Shown here one piece after another: positions 1-16,613 of a stretch of DNA of 64,000 bases. The position numbers and the translations under genes are program-made. Location: the NCBI GenBank assembly GCA_964016885.1, contig OZ024747.1:67766001-67830000 (forward strand), given 5' to 3'. The stretch is from Eledone cirrhosa (Eukaryota). The notes under the pieces were generated by a model. The model ran no database searches and was not told the origin of the DNA. It saw only the letters and a list, made by a program, of their open reading frames with translations. The first letter of the stretch is position 1, and each line of letters begins with the position of its first letter.

Positions 1-232
1 CCAGGCAGAAATAACGATATCTAAAAGAAAATAACTGAAACTTAAACTCACATAAATTGAATAATGATGATGCTAAAAATATTTGATTAAAACATAAATA
101 TACTAAAAGTATTCTGTTTACTCTCTTTAAATTCTTTTAAAACAATACCATAACCTGTCCTGTGATCCCACGCAAAACTTCAATACCTCAACTTCAAATT
201 CCTTGATAACTTTCGTTATTAAAAGCCATCAT

Positions 233-1747
233 AGTGAAGTTATCGATTGGTTTAAAGAAATTAAATATAACTATAATAATAAGTTTATTCAGTTGGATAT
301 TGCTAACTATTAGTCATCTATCACTCCTAATCTACTGAATAAGACACTAACTTTTAAACATACAGACATAACTAGCAATGAAATGCACATTATATTATCG
401 GCACGGAAAACATTAATAGAATTTAATAACCAACTCTGGACTAGGGCAGATAGAAATAATAATTTCGACATAACTATGGGATCATCCGATTCCGCTCAGG
501 TAACGGATCTTGTAGGCCTATTTATAATTAATTCTCTACATAGAAAAATACCTGAGATAACCGGAGGTTTATATCGTGACGACATGCTTTTACTTATAGA
601 AAATAATAACTGTGAACTAAATAGAAAAAGAAAACAAATTATACAATTTTATAATTACCTTAATCTAAAAGTAGAAATAGAGAATAACCATAAAATAGTC
701 AATTTTCTAGATGTAACACTAAATCTTAACACATGTCTTCATTATCCATTTCACAAACTAAATGAGAACTTAAATTACGTCAATTTTAACTCTAATCACC
801 CCAGATACGTTAAAAATACTATAGTGAACTCTGTACAAGAACGAATTTCGAGAATTTCAGCTAATAAGAATATATTTGATGAAAAGGCACATTATTACAA
901 CGAAGCGTTAGGTAGAGCTGGGTATAGAAATAAAATTAAATACATCGATAATAATAATAATATAACAACTAACCATAATCGTAACAATTCTAACTATGGT
1001 AACAATTTTAACAACTATAATAGAAAACCTTACATTAATTCCGAAAGCCGAAAAAGAAATAGAACTAGGAACATATTATGGTTAGCTCCTCCTTTCTCAT
1101 TAAATATTAAAACCCCTATTGCTAAACTATTTTTTAAAGCTCTTGACAAATGCTTCCCTAGAACACATAGATATTACTCAATTTTTAATAGACATACTAT
1201 AAAATTAACTTATTCTTCCACCAAAAATTTAGCGCAAAATATTAATAGAATTAATAATAGAAATTTAAAACCTAACCAAAATACCAATAATAACCCAAGC
1301 AATATTCAATCTGATAAATGTAACTGTAGAAATAAATCTAACTGTCCGTTAAATAACAATTGCTTAGCTAAAAATGTAGTATATAATTGTAATGTAAAAA
1401 CTAATTTAAATTCATTTAATTATGTGGGATCTACTTCCACAGAGTTTAAATCCCGCTTCAATAATCATAAAAATTCTTTTACGGATCCAAACAAAAATTC
1501 TTCAACTTCTCTATCTAGCCTATTATGGTAACTAAAACTAAAGAACGTTGAATATTCGTTGATTTGGAATATTATTTCAAAAGCTACTCCTTTTAACTCC
1601 TCTTCAGAAAATTGCGATCTTTGTATAGAGGAAATATTCTTTATATTAAAGACCAAAAATTCCCTGAACTTAAGGAATAATTTATTCAGTTGCTGCAGAC
1701 ATAGATTAAACTCAACGTTTAAATATAAATATAAATTTAAAATGTAG
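233..1747 (+). pseudogene. Penelope-like element (Naiad-type) RT + GIY-YIG endonuclease ORF, disabled
   Basis: One frame with in-frame stops (TAG 311, TAA 1529): EVIDWFKEI..FIQLDI, NFDITMGSSDSAQVTDLVG, GLYRDD (RT), VNFLDVTLNL, CNCRNKSNCPLNNNC, NVVY..YVGST..FKSRFNNH (GIY-YIG), CDLC..LN..CCRHR. Confidence 0.9.
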
Positions 1748-3270
1748 TATATAATTAATTAATTAATTTTATTAATATTTTGAACCTGTCGATAAATCAT
1801 TAGATTCCTTCATCTTTTTTGACTGATTATACACTCAAGTAAAAATAACTTTTCTTCCTAAATATAAATAAATATAAATATAATAAACTATTCTAGAGAA
1901 ATATATTGAGAGCTCTTGAAAGGAGAAAATATTTCTTATTTCTTATTTTTTTTATTGTTTTTTTTTTATTTTTCTGATAGCTTCTCCTATTTCCGAAAGT
2001 TTATCCTTTCAAAATTTTGAGTTAAATATACGTAAAATAAATTTCTATACCAAATATATTAAACATACTATTATTTTGAAATTATAACTTAAAATATTCT
2101 ATAATATTTTAAAATTGTATTACTTTTAAAGTTATATTGCTTATAATTATATTTCCAAATTGTAATATAATCCTTTTGTATTTTATGTACTCAATTATAC
2201 TATGTACTGTATTTATATATACTTCTCTCTATATGTGAGTATATATGTATATGTGTGTATTGACATACATGTACATATGTTTTATGCGTTTTTATGAATG
2301 TATGTCTGTATGTATATGTATACGTGATGCGTATCTACCTATTGGCTGAGGGTACACACACATGTATATATATATATATATGTGAGAATTGTGTATGTAC
2401 ATGTGCGTGTATATCCATACAATTTGATTGCACTTATGTATAGTTGATTATCCCAAGATTCGTGACAGATAGACATATAATAACAGCCATAAATACATAA
2501 CAGGTAATCTTATAAAACTTATATTAAAAAAATGTTGTTTAATAACATAAAGTGTGTATAACATAAAATTTCCTTTAATATCTTAACAATTATAACATTT
2601 TTAAGATTCCTATATCTTAAATTCAATTAAAGAATCCTTTATGCTTTGTGTGTATATATTATATACGTAATTAGATATGTTATGTATTTTATAAGTGTGT
2701 ATATATATTTATATGTATGTTTGCGTGTGTATACGTGTTATATGATATGTAGTTCTCTAGTAATATATGGATTTCTTAATGTATAGATCCCAGTTTTTAA
2801 TATATTGATCTCAATTTTTAAATGATTAACTAAACATCTAATCATATTTAAACAATAGTTAATTTCTCATATTATATATGTATATTCCATTCATGATTAT
2901 TAACATTTCTAATTTTATTTATTCATTTCATCTCAATTGTTAAGTTAACTCAACAAGATATGACTTAGAGTTTTTCGTTCTCTCCCCTTCTCTCTGTCTC
3001 CTCTCTCTCTATATATATCTTTCTCTCTCTGTTGTTTTGGTCTCCCTCTCCCTCTTTTCTCTCTCTCTCTCTTTTCTCTCTCTCTCTCTTTCTCTCTCTC
3101 CTCCTTTATCTTTTTCTTTCTCTGTAACCCAACGGCTTATTTTAAAAATAAAAATATCCAATACTAATAATAATATAATTAAACAACTCCACTATCTGGG
3201 AGCTTCCAACAGTAATGGTTGCATTTTTTAAGGGTATGTCAATATTTATTTATAAAACTGATCTATATTA

Positions 3271-3335
3271 TATTTTATCTGATGAAAGCACACCATAATT
3301 TAACTTGGTGTCCTTGAAATATGTATAATGAAATA
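3271..3335 (+). ncRNA. Type I hammerhead ribozyme motif with minimal stem III
   Basis: tattttat-CTGATGA-aagcacacca/tggtgtcctt-GAAA-T-atgt-A-TA-atgaaata; helices I and II pair. Confidence 0.75.
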
Positions 3336-3480
3336 AATATGGTTTTATAAATATAGTTTCCATTTGTTAATATCGTATTTTTACTCCAAATATTTGTTGA
3401 GTGCTTTATACCAGTTATAAAAATATTTGCTTGTTGTATCCCAACAATTTAAATAGAACTTTTATATATATATATATATA

Positions 3481-4073
<593 letters not shown>

Positions 4074-4115
4074 AAATTAACAAAGAAGCCTTTAATACAT
4101 CAAAAGTCTTTATTA

Positions 4116-4156
4116 GCTGACAATGTTTCGTCCCGTTTATTAGGACTCATCAGAGC
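4116..4156 (-). ncRNA. Type I hammerhead ribozyme motif
   Basis: Reverse complement of 6162-6202. Confidence 0.8.
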
Positions 4157-5749
4157 AAGGAAAAAGACAAGAAATATCAACGGCCAGAACAAGCCAAAAC
4201 TCCGAAGAACAGCGAATGGATATTTATGAAAATTTAGGAAAATTATCATGGAAAGACATGTTAAACCTAATAGGGTGCATTTGTAAATAAAGACTATAGG
4301 GCAAGAGAGCAAGCAAGACATTAAACAAACCCACGTTAAAAGTACAATGTAAGTCGAATACTTGAAATACAACATAGTAATACAATACGGGAAATAAGGT
4401 GTAAAAACTATAATGTAATATACAATACAATATAGTACATAATACAGAAATAAAACTTAATATATATATATATATCTACACTCACTCCGACACATATATA
4501 TACACATTTACACATACACATAATAACACAAATATAAATATAAGCATTATAATATAATAATCACCCTGACGGTGTGATTAAACAATACCAAAATCAATGA
4601 AAATAATATATTGAAAAAATAATATATTGACATTAAAAAAATATATATAAATTCATGTTACGTAGCATATAAAGTCAACAAATTATGTATAAAAACATAA
4701 TGTATTTCACAGGGTAAAAAATAATAATAATACCATATAATAATATGAAGTATGGTGAAAAAAAATATATGTATATATATATAATAGATAATAGACAATA
4801 AATATACGGAGATATAGGCAGTTCAAATCCATATAATATTACATATTAATATTTCAATACCAGACACATACATATAATTCAAAAACATATAATATAATAT
4901 TACATATTAATATTTCAAAACCAGACACACAATATCAAGGGAGAAAGTTTAAAGCATATTTACACGATAAAATCATGGACACAAGTGACAGAAGAAAGAA
5001 AATACAGACAGCATGTGGTAGCAAAGCAAAACGAAAACAAAAACAAACACAAACACAAAATCACGTAGGCGCAACAAACTGTTAGGTAAAAATAAAAGAT
5101 ACAACTATTCAAAATCAAAAAATTGAATTGAAACCCTTATTAATTTAATTAATCTTATAATAGTGGAATAAACATTATGGGGCACTTCATATAGAATAAA
5201 ATTTAAGTCACCAATGCCGATAGAGATCAAGATATTTCAACAAATGAGCTACTACATTAATCGAAGATATATTAATCTCCGTCGTGGTTACTCGGGTAGA
5301 CTACATTATAAAGATGACAGCCTTGAAACGACTCCGATTACCCATAGTAACGTGATATCCCACAATATGGCCTTTAATGGGGGTAGAAAACATAGGAATT
5401 ATAGAAATTTTATAGATAAATCCAAACCGCACCCTACGTATAACAACCGCAATAGTAATTATAATAGTGTGCCTAATGGTACACATTTTGAGCTTAGTTT
5501 TAATGAACAGGATAGACATTCTGAACGTACACCCAGTGGTAATGGTATAGCGGTTTCTACTAGTGTTAATTCAATTGGTCCTCACATAATATAGCATGGT
5601 AATTTACATATAAACAATCTTTGTATGTAAATTACCATGCTATATTATTATAATGGATGTCAAACCACTGTGGATCAATATATACATATGTTTCTATATG
5701 TCTCTTGCGTTGAAAAGGAGGTCAAGTATGTTAAAAATCACTGAATAAT

Positions 5750-5796
5750 TGCTCCGAAGACTACAAACCTCGGTTTGGAAGAAACAATTGTAAGCA
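5750..5796 (+). ncRNA. Hammerhead motif, U4C core variant
   Basis: tgct-CCGAAGA-..caaacc/ggtttg..-GAAA-CAATTG-TA-agca; homologous to 31096-31142. Confidence 0.65.
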
Positions 5797-6161
5797 GATA
5801 AATGATTTAAACAGAACTTTGTTTCATGTATTCTCTCTCTCTCTCTATATATATATATTAAGTTTTATTTCTGTATTATGTACTATATTGTATTGTATAT
5901 TACATTATAGTTTTTACACCTTATTTCCCGTATTGTATTACTATGTTGTATTTCAAGTATTCGACTTACATTGTACTTTTAACGTGGGTTTGTTTAATGT
6001 CTTGCTTGCTCTCTTGCCCTATAGTCTTTATTTACAAATGCACCCTATTAGGTTTAACATGTCTTTCCATGATAATTTTCCTAAATTTTCATAAATATCC
6101 ATTCGCTGTTCTTCGGAGTTTTGGCTTGTTCTGGCCGTTGATATTTCTTGTCTTTTTCCTT

Positions 6162-6202
6162 GCTCTGATGAGTCCTAATAAACGGGACGAAACATTGTCA
6201 GC
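6162..6202 (+). ncRNA. Type I hammerhead ribozyme motif
   Basis: gct-CTGATGA-gtcc/ggac-GAAA-C-att-G-TC-agc: canonical core, GUC site, followed by AATAAA. Confidence 0.8.
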
Positions 6203-6349
6203 TAATAAAGACTTTTGATGTATTAAAGGCTTCTTTGTTAATTTTATATAATTTTTCGGCTCTGTTGGATAACATTGAGCTATATCTTATCCTGTCATTT
6301 CTCTTATACGACGATTGCGTTTAACTCTAATGCACTCAAGTATTTTTAT

Positions 6350-6433
<84 letters not shown>

Positions 6434-6817
6434 ATAGAATAGAAAACGAAAAATCAGTGATGCATCTGAACTCAATTTATTGTGTGTTACAATTGTTTCG
6501 CCGTCGGACAGCTCGAGACACGATCATTGTGTGGATCTGTCTTATTCTTGACCCGCAGGTTCGACGGACACGTCTAATGAGAGAATATGCTCCGAAATCA
6601 TTAGACGTGTCCGTCGAACCTGCGGGTCCAGAATCAGACAGATCCACACAATGATCGCGTCTCCAGCTGTCCGACGGCGAAACAATTGTAACACACAATA
6701 AATTGAGTTCAGATGAATCACTGATTTTTCGTTTTCTATTCTATCATGCTCTGCTCTGTAAGAGCATAGAGTGCTCAACCGGCATACCGCCTATGGAACC
6801 ATCTTAGCTACCATAAG

Positions 6818-6818
<1 letters not shown>
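6434..6818. mobile_element. Fold-back element (147-bp arms 6434-6580 and 6598-6744, 17-nt spacer) with 3' tail
   Basis: Near-perfect inverted repeat with about 5 mismatches; GAAACAATTGTA (hammerhead 3' half) and AATAAA in the arm; tail hairpin at 6748-6772. Confidence 0.75.
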
Positions 6819-6851
<33 letters not shown>

Positions 6852-6940
6852 GCATATATATATATACATATATATATATGAATACATACATACATACATA
6901 CATACATACATACATACATACATACATACATACATACATA

Positions 6941-7013
6941 GTGGCTGCCAACTCGTTTTCGAGTACGGCCACTACTTTATATCCATGTAGGAGAACCCCT
7001 ACCGATGCGCTGA
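6941..7013 (-). mobile_element. End fragment of the RTE-related non-coding repeat
   Basis: Reverse complement of 10355-10425. Confidence 0.8.
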
Positions 7014-8882
<1,869 letters not shown>

Positions 8883-9259
8883 TGCGATTACTTAAAACTT
8901 GTCTCTGAAGAAAATATGGAAAGCATTATTTCATTAGTAGCAACATCTTGCATAAAATTATTTCGCTTCCGATTAAACATTTTTCAAAATTTCCTTTAAA
9001 CAATTTAACATTAAATTACATAAAATTGAATATATTCTCATCTAAGCAAATAAATTTACCGAAAACAAATTAGGGATAGCATTTCACTTCCGTTTTCCTA
9101 GTTTACACCATCTTTAATCTACTAAACATTTTTTACCCAGAAAGACACAATTTAATTTCCGGTATTACTGTTGCGTTTCCGTTTTGTAGTTTTGTAAAGA
9201 TGCTTGAAAATATGAAAATATCATTTTGAAATGCAACCCCCTCTGTCTCTCTATGTCTG

Positions 9260-9818
<559 letters not shown>

Positions 9819-10428
9819 GTCAGGTCACCAGTTGGTGCTACTGGTAACATGTATTCCAGTACAACCTGTCTCATGGTCGGGTCGTTGGCGACTAAACTGG
9901 CAACCCCACCGAGGTTTCTTGGTGAGGAGGGTGACTTTGGACATCCTGCAGGACTAAAAACAAAACCTGTCAAAGGGCAAAGGAGCTCTTAAGAGTCAAT
10001 GGCCATCCAAAATCACCGGGAGAGATGACCCCTTAGCCTTTGTCAAAGCAGAATTCTAGGAGAAGGAAAACTCTGATATAACACCTGCAACTCTGATGGT
10101 ATCCAATGATGTTGACTTGTTCTTCTTTTTGGTAAATATCATCTTGGTTAAGAGAGTGGGACTGGCTTTGTGCAGTGCCTTTGCTCACTATAAAAGCTTC
10201 ACGGCACAGGCATTGCTTTATATCTGGAGATCTCTCTGCACTTGTCGTCACATGGTACCATGGGCCCAGCACTATGTGTCAATAATTGTCACAAGTGTAG
10301 TGTTTGTTCCAGAGTTTTCAAGTCGCTGGCTGGACTAAAAAGTCACACCCATTCGGCGCATCGGTAGGGGTTCTCCTATATGGATATAAAGTAGTGGCCG
10401 TACTCGAAAACGAGTTGGCAGCCACCAT
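9819..10428 (+). mobile_element. About 600-bp non-coding retroposon, probably a bipartite RTE-derived non-autonomous element
   Basis: At least 5 close copies in the window; GGAGAAGGAAAACTCTGA resembles RTE-clade 5' UTRs; always sits in TA/TACA microsatellite. Confidence 0.65.
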
Positions 10429-10540
10429 ATATATATATATATATATAGCGTGCACACATATATCTATATAATAAAATACAAGAAATATGTGTCTAGGAAA
10501 TTGTTACATAGTTTACACCCTTCCGAAAAAAAAAGTTCTT

Positions 10541-10545
10541 ACTAT

Positions 10546-10591
<46 letters not shown>

Positions 10592-10691
10592 GTTGCTGCT
10601 GCTGAAGAAGAAGAAGAAGAAGAAGAAAAAGAAGAAGAAGAAGAAGAAGAAGAAGAAGAAGAAGAAGAAGAGGGGGAAGAAGAAGAAGAAA
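10541..10691. repeat. (CTA)n(GCT)n(GAA)n trinucleotide tract
   Basis: Seen directly. Confidence 0.95.
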
Positions 10692-11014
10692 GTGGATAAC
10701 TACGAGGACTATTTGTAAGACAATTGACAATAGATATATGAAAGACAGGTGATATTAGTAGTAAGGCTGCTATTGCTGATGACACTGGTGGTAATGGTAA
10801 CACTGGCGGTCATAGTAGCGGTCAGTGAAGGCTAAGATTTTTAGAATGAAGGGGTAATCAATAAAAATAAGCTCGACTTTTTTTACGACTGACCCATCCC
10901 GAAACTTCTATTAATGGTCTCTCATCATTTAGTGGTGATGACTGATATAATTAAGAAATTATTAGATTAAATATTTTTCTTTACACTCGTCAATTTTCAT
11001 GGGTATTATACTAG

Positions 11015-11069
<55 letters not shown>

Positions 11070-11071
<2 letters not shown>

Positions 11072-11160
11072 CAAAGGAGTTGTGGTAAAGAACCAGGTGG
11101 ACCATAACGCACCAGAGTACTCAATACTTAGGGTAGTAGAGTGGGTAATAGGCATTTTCA
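11070..11160 (-). mobile_element. PLE-type 3' tail fragment (same family as 52587-52720)
   Basis: About 70 bp nearly identical to 52588-52658; carries the tail hairpin. Confidence 0.6.
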
Positions 11161-11639
11161 AAAAAATTCTGGTTCGCTTGAACTCATTTGTAATAAACTT
11201 TCTCTTTCTCCAACAGTTACTTATCGTCACATATGTTTGTGGTGCTTTCCCTGCCTTTTATTTTAGGCGTTTTCCTGTCCTATATCGCTATGTACAATTT
11301 TTGGCTTGTACATAAATCCCGAACTGTACCGTTATTACCTTGTATTGTATCTGTTCTATTTCTATCCCGAATAGCTCTGCCTTTTTTATTAGAGCTTTTG
11401 ATGTGCTGGAAAGGGTATACTGTTATAGCATCTGAAACTACAAAGACACTCAGTAGATAGCTGTCGAGCAGAAAATCTCCCTCTGTCCATAGTCTATAGG
11501 TTTTCAATGCCCTTTATTTATCCCGTGGGTTGCTTTCTCCACTTCCACCAAGCGTGAACCTAATATAACTGTATACAATTATTTCTTCCTGTGTTTTGTT
11601 CGTTCATTTTCAACTATATATATATATATATATACATAC

Positions 11640-11679
<40 letters not shown>

Positions 11680-11893
11680 TAATTTCTGCTTGAGTGAAAA
11701 GGAGAAAGAAAACGGACGAGTAAATATTTAGAACCGTGTGGTTTAAATATATAGTGTCGTTAAACGGATGGATATATATTGCGGGCATCCGCATCCTGCA
11801 ATATATACCTTCTCTTTTTTCTTAATTTACTTATCCTATTTGCACTCACAAGTACAATCAAGCCGGAATTAGACTGGTACTCGTATTATTTAC

Positions 11894-11901
11894 AGAGAGA
11901 G

Positions 11902-11994
<93 letters not shown>

Positions 11995-12073
11995 GAGAGA
12001 GAGAGAGGGGAAGAGAGAGAGAGAGAGAGAGAGAGAAAAGAGAGGGGGGAGAGGAAGAGAGAGAGAGGGAGGA

Positions 12074-12104
<31 letters not shown>

Positions 12105-12124
12105 AGAGGAAGAGAGAGAGAGGG

Positions 12125-12189
<65 letters not shown>
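11894..12189. repeat. (GA)n microsatellite
   Basis: Seen directly. Confidence 0.95.
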
Positions 12190-12619
12190 TTTAATGATCT
12201 ATGTTGCCAAGTGAACTCTGACGCTAAGTTGAACATTGTTGAATTTCGAGTTTCAATTGCGCATTGATACATGCATCCGGTGCCACTCGACATTTCATGC
12301 TCAGTCTTTCACGTAATGAAATCTTTTGATCCTGACAGTTGACATAACATTATTCCGCTCAGCATCTAGCATGGAACCACCTTTGACTCAACTCTAGTTC
12401 ATTTGCTGATGTCACCTCATGGTGGATTTTTTATCATTGAAGTATACTTCTCTAACGATTAAGGTTAATCTGACTCCTACCCTTCTGCCTGTCTGGTACA
12501 ATTGAACTTGCTAATAGTTAGACTACCTTCGGCATAGCCCTCCGGATCAAAAGAGTACACAAGCCACTCCACCACAACAGGTACTTAATCATATATGTAC
12601 AAGCATATATACACACTGT

Positions 12620-12885
12620 GGCGGCACGTAGCCTAGTGGTAAGGGTGTTAGACGTACGATCATAATATCATGGGTTCGATTCCTGGGTTGCGTGTTGTGT
12701 TCTTGAGCAAAACACTTGATTTGACGTTGCTCCACTATACTCAGCTGAAAATGAGTACCAGCAATAGCTGGGGATTTAACCTTGCGATAGACTGGCGTCC
12801 TGTCCAGTGGGGGGGGGGGTCTTGTACTCTCAGTCGCTTCACTCCATGAAACCAGGATAAGCACCGGCCAAATGAGCCTTCTGAC
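12620..12885 (+). mobile_element. tRNA-derived SINE with CORE-like middle
   Basis: A box (tagcctagtgg), B box (ggttcgattcc), then tgtgttcttgagcaaaacactt. Confidence 0.7.
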
Positions 12886-13074
12886 TTAAGACAGACTTTA
12901 GACTTTTAGATATACACACTATTGGATAGTTGTTGGCTTTCATAAGTTCCTTCGCCTTTAGATGGATTTTGTTTTCCATCCAACAAGGTATCCAAAGATC
13001 ACCCTCTTCACTAACCAGGCCTGCAGGATCAGAAATTAAAAACAAAACAAAACGCAAAGACAATAAAAGAACAG

Positions 13075-13560
13075 AAAAATGAAGAACAGCCACCGATATC
13101 CATTGCATCAGCCATTCCACCTTACACGGTTCTTTCCTCGGACCTGATGCCCTCTTTCCGATTTGACGGAGGAAAGTGGCAATCCGGAGGCCGCGAATAT
13201 CGGAGGTTTATAGGTACAAAATGGAATGTATCTGGTATGTTTTTGTAATATTCTGCGCCTGTGCTGTGGGTGGTCACTTCCCAGGTTAGTGACCGATATG
13301 ACAAGGCTGGCGCCAGAGAAAGAGCCACAACATGTGCTGTATACCCAGAATGACAAGCCTCTCTCAAAAGGTAAAAGAGTTATCTCGTCCGAGCGCCAAC
13401 CATCGTTGCGGTCCCAGTAGACAGGCTCCAGATGTGATGGGAAACTCGCGGTATTGAGGCTCCTTTGAATGACATCATAAGAGAAAATGTCTAGTGCTGA
13501 AACGACGAATTAGCGGATGTTATCTTTACTCGTCACCAGTTGTTCCCCTGGGTATTTAGA
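13075..13560 (-). mobile_element. Degraded CRE-like non-LTR retrotransposon endonuclease region
   Basis: Minus-strand pieces PSHLEPVYWDRNDGWRSDEITLLPFERGLSFWVYSTC, FHFVPI, MEWLMQWISVAV resemble LEP..R.DGKRPDG.T..PW and WL.QRIS.AV. Confidence 0.6.
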
Positions 13561-14009
13561 TAGTCCACACATGCAGAGGTTAACACCAAAGGAAACTCAG
13601 ATGAATTGAGAATGGTACTGGTTGACGAAAAGCGCACTGAATTGTGCCAACCATCACTGTATTTTTCTAATCTCTAGTTGCTGAGGTCCATCTTACAAGA
13701 ATAAAACAAGTCAGATGACTTCTTCATTTTGACATTTCAAGTGATGTTTTGATCTTCGCATGCCAAACGAGAGAAAACTCAAATCTTGCATTAAAAGAAA
13801 ATAACTCAAAAAAAGCGTAACACAATTTCCTTTATAACTATACTGTTAGATCTAACACCTGATGAAGTCGTAGGTGCACTATATAATCTTAGGTCTTTAA
13901 ACCCGGAGGAACATATCCCTCTTATGGACTGAACATAACCGATTTATTGCAGAGAAATAGAGAGTGATGGCAAGAGAGAAGAAGTGGAAAAATATATAGA
14001 AAGATAATC

Positions 14010-14160
14010 AACCTCAGTACCTGACTGGTACTTTATTTATTTATCGACCTCGAAAGGACGAAACGCAAATGTGGTGGCATTTTAACTCAGCCCACAGACA
14101 GCTGGAACGAAAACCACAAAGCATTCCATTCAAGGTTCTAATGACTACCAATTCGTCGCC
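14010..14160 (-). mobile_element. Degenerate tRNA-SINE (Meta/MESC-like domain family)
   Basis: actggtactttattt..atcgacc..aaggac, similar to the other copies. Confidence 0.55.
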
Positions 14161-14551
14161 TAGTCTTAGATCAAGACTTTAAAATAAACCCCGTCGCACT
14201 CATACATATTAGATTAACTCCCTTTGTTAGTAACTAATTTTCTAAAATAAAAAGACAAACTAGCATCTCCCCTTCTCTGTTATCACCAGTACAAACAAGC
14301 TAGGTAGCGTATTAATGTATCAAGAAATATTAACACTGCCGTTTCTCAATGGTTTATAGAAAGAAATATTACACCCCATCTCTTATTGAATTAATAACTA
14401 ATTATCCCGTATCCGCTTTAGAAAAAAGAAAGAACAGTTTTCATTGAATTGACCTCCTTTATATTATTAAACTATGTTGTTTCCCCCAGTCTATTTTGTA
14501 CAGCTATGGCTGATGTCTCAAATCCAATTTTCTTCAGATCTTTATTCAGAA

Positions 14552-14795
14552 GGCGAAGGTGGATTGGCAGTATCGGTAGAGAATAGGACACCATGCTTTG
14601 CAACATAGAGTTACGGCCCTTTACGGTTCACATCCCGCGATTTACGGCCCTGAGTTCATATGCCGCCGAGGTTAACTTTGCCTTTCCTCCTTACGGGGTC
14701 GATAAAATAAAGTACCAGTAATGTACTGGGTTGGTTTAATCGACTTTCCTCTCCCCCAAAATTACTGGCCTTGTGCCTATACTAGAAATCATTAT
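14552..14795 (+). mobile_element. tRNA-derived SINE (Meta/MESC-like domain family)
   Basis: ggattggcagtatcggtag ... gagttca ... gttaactttgcctttc.tccttacggggtcgataaaataaagtaccag; about 9 copies in the window. Confidence 0.8.
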
Positions 14796-14802
14796 TTGTG
14801 AA

Positions 14803-15115
14803 GGCGCATATTGTAGTGATTAGGGTGTTCGGCTGATGATCGTAAAGTCGTAAGTTCGATTGCCGGTGGTGAGTTGTGGCCTTGAGCAAGACACTTTATT
14901 TGACGTTGCTTCAGTTCACTCAGTTGGCAAAAATGAGTTGTATCTATAATTCAGAGCCCAGCTTTGTCACACATTGTGTCACACTGAATCTTACTGAGAA
15001 CTACGTTAAAGGCACTCATCTGTGGATTGCTCAGCCACTTGCACGTTAATTCCTCGGGCAGGCTTTTCGGTTGCTCGAATGACTGGAAGACGTGTCATCG
15101 GAATCGACGGAGGTC
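14803..15115 (+). mobile_element. tRNA-derived CORE-like SINE
   Basis: tagtgattagggtgttcgg..gttcgatt..ccttgagcaagacactttattt. Confidence 0.7.
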
Positions 15116-15599
15116 CAAAGGCAATCGATTATACTTAAGCACTACAATCAATGGAATACATCTATCACATACTATTTGTGATCTGTCTTTTGTAAGAAAC
15201 GAAGTAATATTTCTTGAAATATATATTAGTACATTTTATATAATTAACAAAAATGAAAAATAGAAAAAAATGAAAAATAAAAAAAGTTGAATGAGGGAAG
15301 AAACAAACTGTACACCCTTAGCTGGTTGGTATTTTTTATGGATATTTAGCAAAATCTATTTGAAAACCAGTTAATATTAATACAATTAGTTGTTTGTCTC
15401 ATATATCTGTTGACAATATTTCGTTCGAAATTTCGTTCCACTAATCGCTTATCGTAGTAAACGTTTATAGTCGATTCTTTTATATGTTAATCTCAAAATA
15501 TTTAACTACAATATCTAATGAATCTAGACGAAGTGACATATAATCTCATGCAGTAAAACATATTTCAGGATACCCTACTCGTGAAATTAACGAGCAAGT

Positions 15600-15770
15600 G
15601 GCAGGGCCGAACGTGGAAGAGCCGAACTCCCACCGTCACCGCCTCCATCTCTCTCGCTCTCCCCATCTCTCCGTATGGTGAACAAATGGGGTCCCATGTG
15701 CTGGCCTCCCCACAGAATGGAGAAGGCGTTTCCTCGGAGGATGGTAAGGGAGATGCGCTTAGCGGCTGAA
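15600..15770 (-). mobile_element. CRE-like LINE 3' end fragment
   Basis: KRISLTILRGNAFSIL; homologous to 52000-52345. Confidence 0.65.
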
Positions 15771-16347
15771 TTCCGTCGACAAGATAGGGACAGCATTGCC
15801 GCGGAAATTAGCCAGTGATCAGCCAGTCAACCTAACGAGTTTCCTACCTCACGTGTGATTCCTTCCACTCGATTAGGCGAAGGAAATAGCAGTCCGAGAA
15901 TCGAGGAGGACACCAGCACAAAAAGGAAAGAGCCAGTGGATGCATAGTATTTAGTTATCATTCCCTCCTCTGCCATGTGGTGGGCGGCGCATGGGATTAT
16001 GACTGAAATGGTGAGGTTGAAACTGGAGAAAGTGTAACCAGATAAATAACTTAACTTGCTCAAATGAAAAAAGAGTTATGTAACTTGGTAGTGAAGGCCG
16101 ATCTAAGTTTTAATAATGAAACAGTGTGTCTCAGTAGTTAATGTGTTCGACCCATGATCGTAAGGTAATTAGTACTATTCCTGTCGGTTGGACTGCATCT
16201 GTTATTAAAAAAGACAAGTTTGTCAGACACAGCAGCGGTCGCCAGTCGGTGTTTCGCGGACAATTGATGGCATTTATAATTTTGTTATATTTAATAGGTG
16301 CATTTCATATCAATAAAATGGAAGTTCTCTGATCATTATTTTACAAA

Positions 16348-16502
16348 GGCGGTGGATTGGCAGTATCGGTAGAGCGTCAGACACCATGCTTTGCAGTATA
16401 GATTTATGGCCCTTTACGTTCTGAGTTCAAATCCCGCTGAGGTTAACTTTGCCTTTCATCCTTACGGGCTCGATAAAATAAAGTACCAGTAAGGCACTGG
16501 GG
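16348..16502 (+). mobile_element. tRNA-derived SINE (Meta/MESC-like family)
   Basis: Same consensus as 14552; B box gagttcaaatccc. Confidence 0.8.
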
Positions 16503-16539
16503 TAATTATTTTACAAATGTATTTATCTTTTTAAAAAAA

Positions 16540-16613
16540 TTCATATTAGTGGTCCACGGGATTTAAAATTATGAAACTAGTGGTCCGCGAGGACCGAAGG
16601 GTTGGTCACCTCT
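16540..16613. mobile_element. Possible hAT/Charlie terminal fragment
   Basis: tagtggtccgcg..gggttggtcacctctg resembles hAT-Charlie ends; no partner TIR seen. Confidence 0.35.

Larger units (their letters stand above)
1..3462 (+). mobile_element. Naiad-type Penelope-like retroelement including 3' UTR/pLTR; 5' end outside the window or degraded
   Basis: RT/GIY-YIG remnant, long AT-rich UTR, hammerhead motif and tail hairpin, ending in (TA)n. Confidence 0.75.

Noticed and set aside
233-1747. Selenocysteine read-through, known in some Naiad elements
   Set aside because: In-frame stops here and at 56790-57203 are TAG/TAA, not TGA; no SECIS recognised.
6574-6604. CTAATGA-gag/ctc-CGAAA hammerhead at the fold-back centre
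   Set aside because: G5 is absent and there is no stem III or NUH; possibly a relic, not supportable.
13859-13900. CTGATGA as a hammerhead (also 52784-52790 minus and 59146)
   Set aside because: No matching helix II, GAAA and NUH arrangement.
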